NCBI GenBank assembly: GCA_043819795.1
Contig: JBDREN010000188.1
Coordinates: 1-14,359 of the forward strand
Length of the DNA stretch: 14,359 bases
From: Elusimicrobiota bacterium
Lineage (GTDB): Bacteria > Elusimicrobiota > Elusimicrobia > UBA1565
Reading direction: 5' to 3'
Position numbers and translations under genes: made by a program. How positions within the stretch are numbered: position 1 is the first letter of the stretch; each line of letters starts with the position of its first letter. Of this stretch, positions 8,886-14,359 are shown piece by piece. The notes under the pieces are model-generated. The model was not told where the DNA came from and searched no databases. It saw only the letters and a list, made by a program, of their open reading frames with translations.

Positions 8886-9170
8886 ATGGCGGACTTCAAG
8901 CAGGAGTACGGGAAGATCGTGACGGAATGCTGGCGAGACGAGGCGTTCAAGAAGCGCTTCGTCTCGGACCCGGCCGCGGTGCTCAAAGAGCGCGGCGTGC
9001 GGATTAAGGAGGGCATCGTCGTGAAGGTGGTCCAGGACACGGACAAGACCGTGCACTTGGTGCTGCCGCCGAAGCCCGCGGGCGAGCTCTCGGAAGAGCA
9101 GCTCGAGAAGGTCGCGGGAGGGCGAGGGGGCCACTTGCATTGGGAGGGCGACCATTTGGTCCCGGACTAA
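8886..9170 (+). CDS. NHLP leader peptide family RiPP precursor A2 (79-aa leader, core RGGHLHWEGDHLVPD)
   Basis: Start placed at ATG 8886 (same RBS context GGAGGGACTCGAAATG as A1), not 8808; 94 aa. Leader 75/79 identical to A1 and ends ELSEEQLEKVAGG. Core codons 9123-9167. Confidence 0.93.
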   Translation: MADFKQEYGKIVTECWRDEAFKKRFVSDPAAVLKERGVRIKEGIVVKVVQDTDKTVHLVLPPKPAGELSEEQLEKVAGGRGGHLHWEGDHLVPD

Positions 9171-9209
9171 TAGTGGCGGGTTGGACGGCTCTTCCCGCCC
9201 CCCTGGGGC

Positions 9210-9244
9210 GCCGTTCTCAAGACCGGCGCGCCGGCCGCGCCGCG
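9210..9244. repeat. 35-bp intergenic direct repeat, copy 2
   Basis: GCCGTTCTCAAGACCGGCGCGCCGGCCGCGCCGCG; one mismatch (9235 C vs 8495 T) to copy 1. Confidence 0.9.
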
Positions 9245-9378
9245 GACAAACATCCGCGGCCGGCCGGGGAGCGGATCCCTCTGGGCGGAGGGCCCCGGGG
9301 GAAGGGAGTGGGGCGTTGATCAGGGAGGCGCCGGCCTCGGTCCGCGCCTGAATCGATGTGGCGGGAGGGAGTGGAACA

Positions 9379-9651
9379 ATGAAGAAGTTCGAGAAGAAAT
9401 TGGATATCGAGCGGACCGTCGTCGAGAAGGCGACGTCCGACGAGACGTTCCGGAAAGAGCTGATGAAGGACCCAAAGGCGGCCATGGCGCGTCTCTTCAA
9501 TGCCAAGCTGCCGCCGAAGCTGAAGGTGGTCGTGCACGAGGACGAGGCCGACACCATGCATCTCGTCATCCCGAGCGAAAGCCTGGCGCAGGGGGAGCTG
9601 GACAACGACGACCTCGACGCGGTGACGGGCGGCGTGGTCTCCGTCTTCTGA
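9379..9651 (+). CDS. Divergent NHLP leader peptide family precursor A3 (85-aa leader, 5-aa core VVSVF)
   Basis: Start placed at ATG 9379 after GGAGGGAG; 90 aa. NHLP motifs VVEKATSDETFRKELMKDPKAA, HLVIP and ELDNDDLDAVTGG. Core codons 9634-9648. Confidence 0.9.
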   Translation: MKKFEKKLDIERTVVEKATSDETFRKELMKDPKAAMARLFNAKLPPKLKVVVHEDEADTMHLVIPSESLAQGELDNDDLDAVTGGVVSVF

Positions 9652-9670
9652 CGCCCGCATAGTATCCGGG

Positions 9671-10642
9671 ATGCCGGACATCCGCAGGCTCTGCTTCGTC
9701 ATCACAGATCGCTGCCCGGTCGAGTGCGACTCGTGCTGCTTCGCCTGCTCGCCGCGCAAGAGGGCGCGGCTGCCTCTGCCGGTCATGCTCGACTATATCG
9801 GCCAGGCGAAGGAGACGGGGAGGATCCGAGCCGTCGCCGTCTCGGGCGGCGAGCCGTTTTTGCATTATGGCGACGTCCTGAAGCTGGCCCGCGCGGCCCG
9901 CAAGAACGGCCTCGCGTTCAGGACGATCACCAACGGCTACTGGGCCCGCTCCGACGCTCTGGTGAGGCGGAGGCTTCGCGAGCTGCGGGATGCCGGCGTC
10001 CCGACCCTGCGGGTGAGCGCGGACTGCTTCCACGCCGACCACATACCCCTGGACAGGATCAGGCGCCTCCTATCGATCGCCTACGCGGAAGGGTATCCCC
10101 TGAGCCTCGGCGTGAGCTCGACGAGGAGCCGCCCGGGGCTGAAGATGCTCGTCGACCGGCTGGGCAGCGATCTTCACGGCGTATCCATCCTGGAATTCGC
10201 CTGCCTCCCGGCGGGCCGCGCGAGGACGGCCGTCCCTCCGGAGGATTTCATCGGGGACAGGGCCATCCCCCGGATGCCCTGCAGCAACAGGATGATCATC
10301 GGCATCATGCCGGACGGCGCCGTCTATTCCTGCTGCTCGGTCGTCGACCGCAACGACATGCTCCGGCTCGGCCGGGCGCCTCGGGATTCCCTCCGGACCC
10401 TCGTCGAAAACTTCTGGAGGAGCCCGATGCGCCGGATCCTCCACGAACACGGCGTGTGCTGGTTCACGGACCGCATCCGGGGAAAGCGCATCCCCATCGC
10501 TCTCGACCGGGCCTTCGTCAACGACTGTCATGTCTGTTCCGAAATCCTGGCCGCGCCGGAGAACCGCCCTCTCCTGGAGCCGCTCGTCGAGGAGTTCAAA
10601 CGCGAGGAGACGAAGGCTTTCTTCCGGGACTGGGGAATGTGA
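9671..10642 (+). CDS. Radical SAM peptide maturase, YydG/EpeE (epipeptide epimerase)-like, with twitch-type auxiliary cluster
   Basis: 323 aa. CxxxCxxC at C15/C19/C22 in RCPVECDSCCFACSP; SGGEPF; ITNGYW; VSADCFH; C-terminal C204...DGAVYSCCS (C221, C222)...FVNDCHVC (C286, C289). Length and motif order match B. subtilis YydG/EpeE as I recall it (CxxxCxxCCFxxSP, GGE, NGFW, DxxH, DGxxYxCCS, CxxC). Radical SAM call is secure; subfamily call is by recognition. Confidence 0.85.
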   Translation: MPDIRRLCFVITDRCPVECDSCCFACSPRKRARLPLPVMLDYIGQAKETGRIRAVAVSGGEPFLHYGDVLKLARAARKNGLAFRTITNGYWARSDALVRRRLRELRDAGVPTLRVSADCFHADHIPLDRIRRLLSIAYAEGYPLSLGVSSTRSRPGLKMLVDRLGSDLHGVSILEFACLPAGRARTAVPPEDFIGDRAIPRMPCSNRMIIGIMPDGAVYSCCSVVDRNDMLRLGRAPRDSLRTLVENFWRSPMRRILHEHGVCWFTDRIRGKRIPIALDRAFVNDCHVCSEILAAPENRPLLEPLVEEFKREETKAFFRDWGM

Positions 10643-10658
10643 ACGGCCTCATGGGGAG

Positions 10659-10904
10659 GACCGGCACGCGCCCGCAGCCGCCATCCGCATCACGCCGCAT
10701 CACCCCGACGGGCCCGGGCCTGATCCGCTATGCCACAATTGGAGCCATGGGCCTCTACGACCGCGACTACATGCGCGAGGACCGTCCCCATGAGGAGGAT
10801 CCCTTTCCGCGCCGGCGGGCCCATGTGGGTGATCGTCGTGGCGGTGGTGATCGCCCTGTCCTTCCTCCTGTCCGCAATCCTATAAAGCAAGACCGGCACG
10901 CGCC
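10659..10904. repeat. 14-bp direct repeat GACCGGCACGCGCC at 10659-10672 and 10891-10904
   Basis: Two identical copies flank the small frameshifted ORF. The motif is related to the GACCGGCGCGCC core of the 35-bp repeat. Confidence 0.7.
10747..10885 (+). pseudogene. Small single-TM membrane protein with MGLYDRDYM N-terminus, split by a +1 frameshift
   Basis: ATG 10747 gives MGLYDRDYMREDRP; the +1 frame from 10790 gives MRRIPFRAGGPMWVIVVAVVIALSFLLSAIL* (TAA 10883-10885). Removing one C from CCCC (10786-10789) fuses them into a 45-aa protein with a clean hydrophobic helix. Confidence 0.5.
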
Positions 10905-11072
10905 TGTAGTTCGCTCCGGGTACCAGTGGCGCGCACCAAGCCTATAACGCGGAGGCACCGTCAGCGACGTCTTTGGTCCACTGCTTGAGGTCTTCCTTGA
11001 AGCCCTCAAGGAACTCCTGGCCGTCTTCCCGGGCCTCACTTTTTGTTCCATTTTTTCTGTGTTTCCGGGGGG

Positions 11073-11110
11073 AAAAAAGCTCCGGGCGGGATTTTTTCCC
11101 GCCCGGAGCT
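11073..11110 (-). terminator. Intrinsic (Rho-independent) terminator of the PKD-repeat gene
   Basis: Perfect 14-bp inverted repeat AGCTCCGGGCGGGA (11078-11091) / TCCCGCCCGGAGCT (11097-11110), 5-nt loop. The A-run at 11073-11078 gives a U-tract on the minus strand, about 30 nt after the TAG at 11143-11145. Confidence 0.88.
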
Positions 11111-11142
11111 GTTGTCCGGGACCGCCGCGCCCGCCGGCCCGC

Positions 11143-14100
11143 CTACCGGATCACGGCGAACTTGCCGGCCTTGCGGATGGCCGCCTCCCCGGACTTCTCC
11201 GCCACGATCGTGTACAGGTACACGCCGCTCGGGATGTGGCCGTCCCACGGGTACTCGTAGGCGTACTTCGGCCCGCTGCCGTCGTTGATCACCGGCGGCG
11301 CGGAATCCATCGTCGCCTGGTGCACCTGCTGGCCCGCGATGTTGTAGATGCGGATGGTCACCTTGTCCGCGATCCCCACCGCGAGGTGTATGGTCGGTTT
11401 CGCGCCGCCCACCGCCGGGTTCGGGAACACGTAGAGGTCGCGCAGGGTGAAGGCCTGGTCCGCGCCCTCGGGCGAGAGCGACGGCCCGGAGGCCGAAGCC
11501 GGCTTAATCTCCCCGAGCGGCTCCGGAGCCGTGTTCGCGAGCATTATGGACGAGCCGTTCATGGTCAGATGGCCCGTGAACAGACGCCCGCCGAACTGCG
11601 CGCCGCCTCCGAACGTGGTCACCGCGTCCGGAGCGTACACGATCGCGGCCAGGCGCATGTTGCCGCCGAATTCGATGTCGGCCTCCTGGTTATTGAAGAT
11701 CATCAAGTTCTGCGGGATTTCCGCGCCCGCGTTGATGTTGCCCCCGCTAATCTTGATGTCGCCCTCGACCAAGATGCCCACCTCGCCCTCGATGATCAGG
11801 TTCCCGCCGGTCATCCTTATGCCCTTGAGCAGATAGTCCCCGGCCGGAAGGATCAGGGTCGCCTCGGTGATCGAAAGCACCCCCTTCTTGTCGATATGCT
11901 CCACGATCGGGTTGTTCGGGTCCTGCGTCAGGTCGTGGGCCACCACGTGCTCCCGGACCGCCACCAGATCGAAGGGCTCCGGATGCAGCGGGTTCTCCAT
12001 GATGGTGGTCGAGCCCGTGATCACGCTGTTGTCGTTGATCGCGAAGGAAGGCCCCCAGGCGTCGCCGTCCACGACCACGTTCCCCTGCAGGGACACCGGG
12101 CCGTTGGACATCAGCCGGCCCGCGAAGTCGATCGTGCCGCCCAGGTCCACCGACTTCTTCTTGCCGGCCCCTCCGGTCGCCTTCTTGCCCATCACCGCGG
12201 CGCAGTTGACCAGCATCGTCTCCTCTTCCTCGGTGTTGTTCACCTGGTCCACGCTCCAGTAGGTGACAGTGTGCGTGCCCTCGGCGATGAAGAAGGGCGC
12301 GAGATACTGGATCGTGGCCCCGCCGTCGATATGGTACTGGATCTCCTTGACGCCCGAGGACACCCCGTTGACCTCCAGATCGAAGGCCGACAGAGACAGC
12401 GGCGTCTCCGGGGCGATGAACATCTGCCCGAACTCGTAGCGCACCGGCTCGCCGATGTGCAGGCTCACGCTCGACGCGGTATGGTCCACGCCGATGGTGA
12501 TGAACTTGTGTCCCTCCTGCACCGGGCCGAGCCTGTAGCCCTCCTCGTTGCCGCGGTTGTCCACGCTGAAGTACTCCAGCCGGTGGATTCCTTCCTGCGT
12601 CAGGTTGAAGGGCAGGACGTCGTGCGCGATGTTCTGCCGGATGAACGGCGCCTCCGCTCCGTCGATCGTCACGTCCCGGTAGAAGGTCCACTGGACGTCG
12701 AAGGCGATATCCTCGATCGCCTCATCCACGGCGCTCAGGGAGTTCATCGCTCCCTGATCCAGGAACACCTCGACCTCCATGGGCACCCCGGCGATGGTGC
12801 TCGAGCTGCCCGTGTGCGCGATCGAAGTCACCGGCGGCTCCACGTCCACGGTCACCAGGAGGCTGTCCGAGCCCGAGGCGCCTTCGTCGTCGGTCAACGT
12901 GGCGAGCAGCACATAGACCTTGTTGGCCGTGTACTGGTGGATGCCCGCCACCGTGGCGGACGAACCGGCCGTCGAGCCGGGCGGTCCGAACGGGGTCTGG
13001 TCGATATCCTCGGGGGCCACCGGCTCGATGCTCCCGTCGCCCCAGTCGATCGTGGCGGTGTGCGTGTCCGCCGTGCCCATGTCGTGGAACCGGATGAAGT
13101 CCGCGATCACTTGAGGTGATTCGCTGGACCCGTCCGGTCCGATCGGGATGGGGAAGGTCCCGGGCTGGTCGGGGTAGCGCACCACCATCGTCCGCAGGTC
13201 GATGGCGCCGCCGATCCTCAGCCAGCCGTCCCCGGCCGCCGTGTTGTCCGCCCCGGCGGAGACCGTGGGCGCCACGTTCTCGACCGTCACCGTCAGCGTG
13301 TCCGGCGTGGCCGCGCCTTCGTCGTCGGTCACCGTGACCGTCACCGTGTAGACGCCGTTGTCCGCGTACACGTGACTGCCGTCGACCGTCCCGTCGGCGC
13401 CCGCCGTGGAGCCCGGAGGACCGAACGGAGTCTCCGTCACCGCGCCCGCCTCGGTGGCCGTGCCGTCTCCCCAATTGATGGTGGCCGTATGCGTGTCGGA
13501 CGTGCCCAGGTCGTTGAACGTGGACGGCGGCAGGCTGACCACGTAACCCTCGGAGACCGTCTGGTCCACGCCGGCGTCCACCGTGGGGGCGACGTTCTCC
13601 ACCGTCACCGCGAACGTCTCGGTGTCCGTGCCGCCGTCGTCGTCGGTCACCGTCAAGGTCACCGTATACACGCCGTTGTCGGCGTAGGTGTGGCTCCCGT
13701 CGAACGAGCCGGCCGTCGCCGAGCCCCGCGCGCCCAGCGTGTCCACCGTCGCCGCGCCGCCGTCGGTGGGCGTCACGTCGCCCCAATCGATGACGTAGGT
13801 GAAGGTCTCGACCGTACCCATCGCCGGATTGTCGAAGCCGGGATCCGTGAACGTCCCGATGTCGGTCAAGGACAGCTCCACGCCCTCCTCGATCGTTTTA
13901 GGCGCCGTCGCCGTCAGCGTCGGGTTCACGTTCGTCACCGTCACGCTGAACGCCTTGGTGTCCGCGCCCGCGTCGTCGTCGGTCACCATCAAGGTCACCG
14001 TGTAGGTCCCGTTGTCGGCGTAGATGTGGCTGCCGTCGAACGAGCCCGCCGTCGCCAGACCGCGGTCGCCCGCGATGTCCACCGTCGCGTCGCCGGCGTC

Positions 14101-14359
14101 GGCGGACGTCCCGTCGCCCCAGTCGATCCGGTAGGTGAAGGTCTCGACGGACGCGCCCAGCGGATTGATCGGGTTGTCGAAGCCCGGGTCGCTGAAGGTG
14201 CCGATGTCCGCGATGTTGAGCGTCGCGCCCTCCGCGATCGTCTTGGGCGCCGTCGCCGTCAGCGCCGGGTTCACGTTCGTCACCGTCACGCTGAACGTCT
14301 TCGTGTCCGCGCCCGCGTCGTCGTCGGTCACCGTCAAGGTCACCGTGTAGGTCCCGTTG
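11143..14359 (-). CDS. Large secreted/surface PKD-repeat protein with Ig-like domains, putative beta-helix region and T9SS type A / FlgD-Ig-like C-terminal domain (partial, 5' end outside window)
   Basis: Open frame runs to the window edge (NGTYTVTLTVTDDD), over 1070 aa visible. Repeated I(D/N)WGD and H-x-YADNGxYTVTxTVTDDD PKD motifs; two EGxHxxxYxSVDxxxNxE Ig-like motifs; Gly/Asn/Ile-rich region (IVYAPDA); C-terminal YVFPNP...IRIYNIAGQQV...WDG...SGVYLY...GKFAVIR. Confidence 0.88.
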   Translation of the reverse strand, partial: NGTYTVTLTVTDDDAGADTKTFSVTVTNVNPALTATAPKTIAEGATLNIADIGTFSDPGFDNPINPLGASVETFTYRIDWGDGTSADAGDATVDIAGDRGLATAGSFDGSHIYADNGTYTVTLMVTDDDAGADTKAFSVTVTNVNPTLTATAPKTIEEGVELSLTDIGTFTDPGFDNPAMGTVETFTYVIDWGDVTPTDGGAATVDTLGARGSATAGSFDGSHTYADNGVYTVTLTVTDDDGGTDTETFAVTVENVAPTVDAGVDQTVSEGYVVSLPPSTFNDLGTSDTHTATINWGDGTATEAGAVTETPFGPPGSTAGADGTVDGSHVYADNGVYTVTVTVTDDEGAATPDTLTVTVENVAPTVSAGADNTAAGDGWLRIGGAIDLRTMVVRYPDQPGTFPIPIGPDGSSESPQVIADFIRFHDMGTADTHTATIDWGDGSIEPVAPEDIDQTPFGPPGSTAGSSATVAGIHQYTANKVYVLLATLTDDEGASGSDSLLVTVDVEPPVTSIAHTGSSSTIAGVPMEVEVFLDQGAMNSLSAVDEAIEDIAFDVQWTFYRDVTIDGAEAPFIRQNIAHDVLPFNLTQEGIHRLEYFSVDNRGNEEGYRLGPVQEGHKFITIGVDHTASSVSLHIGEPVRYEFGQMFIAPETPLSLSAFDLEVNGVSSGVKEIQYHIDGGATIQYLAPFFIAEGTHTVTYWSVDQVNNTEEEETMLVNCAAVMGKKATGGAGKKKSVDLGGTIDFAGRLMSNGPVSLQGNVVVDGDAWGPSFAINDNSVITGSTTIMENPLHPEPFDLVAVREHVVAHDLTQDPNNPIVEHIDKKGVLSITEATLILPAGDYLLKGIRMTGGNLIIEGEVGILVEGDIKISGGNINAGAEIPQNLMIFNNQEADIEFGGNMRLAAIVYAPDAVTTFGGGAQFGGRLFTGHLTMNGSSIMLANTAPEPLGEIKPASASGPSLSPEGADQAFTLRDLYVFPNPAVGGAKPTIHLAVGIADKVTIRIYNIAGQQVHQATMDSAPPVINDGSGPKYAYEYPWDGHIPSGVYLYTIVAEKSGEAAIRKAGKFAVIR
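12847..14359 (-). repeat. Intragenic tandem PKD-like domain repeats (4 complete + 1 partial)
   Basis: Units start at NVNP/NVAP: 14277-13933 (115 aa), 13932-13597 (112 aa), 13596-13279 (106 aa), 13278-12847 (about 144 aa, with an insertion). 13901-14014 vs 14246-14359 differ at 4 of 114 nt (345-nt period). Confidence 0.9.

Larger units (their letters stand above)
8509..9122 (+). repeat. Tandem duplication (344-bp offset) of RBS region plus NHLP leader coding sequence
   Basis: 8509-8778 and 8853-9122 align without gaps from CGGATAGGGACAGGAA through the Gly-Gly codons; similarity stops exactly at the start of the cores. Confidence 0.95.

Noticed and set aside
8470..9244. 35-bp repeats as a CRISPR array or IS ends
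   Set aside because: Only two copies, 740 bp apart, in direct orientation with genes between them; no cas or transposase gene.
3204..9378. ORF-track starts at 3204, 8808 and 9358
   Set aside because: Better starts exist at 3225 (ATGA coupling), 8886 (RBS and identity with A1) and 9379 (ATG with RBS).
625..9605. Long alternative ORFs overlapping the export genes (625-2709 -, 3087-5639 -, 5435-8053 +, 5844-6998 -, 7515-9605 -)
   Set aside because: Shadow frames of high-GC genes; Arg/Gly/Pro/Ala-rich with no recognisable motifs, while the overlapped frames carry clear family motifs.
8542..9651. Thiazole/oxazole microcin, lanthipeptide, sactipeptide or ranthipeptide interpretation
   Set aside because: No YcaO, dehydrogenase or Lan enzyme in the window, and the cores contain no Cys and at most one Ser/Thr.
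8542..9651. Nitrile hydratase alpha subunits
   Set aside because: Too short, lack the CxxCSC metal-binding motif, and end in double-glycine leader motifs.
8542..10642. Spliceotide or triceptide (cyclophane) interpretation, prompted by a YG dipeptide and aromatic core residues
   Set aside because: The YG lies in the leader (EYGK), not the core; the enzyme lacks a two-cluster SPASM domain and no RRE partner is seen. Aromatic crosslinking is not strictly excluded without experiment.
10685..10703. Short tandem CCGCATCAC duplication
   Set aside because: Two 9-bp copies only; compatible with chance or local slippage.
10942..11040. Minus-strand stretch reading SEAREDGQEFLEGFKEDLKQWTKDVADGASAL* with coding-like codons
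   Set aside because: No nearby in-frame start, only about 32 codons and no family I can support; possibly a gene remnant.
9724..13786. ORFs 9724-10947 +, 11059-13119 +, 11747-12691 -, 12722-13786 -
   Set aside because: Off-frame or antisense shadows of the radical SAM and PKD genes. Only the MGLYDRDYM segment near the end of 9724-10947 looks like real coding sequence and is reported separately.

Overview
High-GC bacterial window. Most of it (436-10642, + strand) is one RiPP gene cluster behind a sigma70-like promoter. It encodes a four-part type I export system of the NHLM/NHLP type: a TolC-family channel, an HlyD-family adaptor, a C39-peptidase ABC transporter and a second ABC transporter lacking an active peptidase. 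Three nitrile-hydratase-like leader peptide (NHLP) precursors follow, with double-glycine sites and short, unrelated, Cys-free cores (KNLYDQLLKTWQ, RGGHLHWEGDHLVPD, VVSVF), then a single 323-aa radical SAM enzyme. By motif pattern and length this enzyme resembles the YydG/EpeE epipeptide epimerase family rather than the maturases usually seen with NHLP precursors (YcaO, LanM, PoyD/OspD epimerases, SPASM enzymes). The best candidate for a new system is therefore an NHLP-leader / EpeE-type hybrid pathway that may export short D-amino-acid peptides; this is an inference needing a homology search and biochemistry. The left edge carries the 3' end of a HigA-like HTH antitoxin. The right side has a frameshifted small membrane-protein gene, an intrinsic terminator and the 3' part of a large minus-strand PKD-repeat protein ending in a T9SS/FlgD-Ig-like C-terminal domain. 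Family assignments come from motif recognition by eye; no database searches were run.
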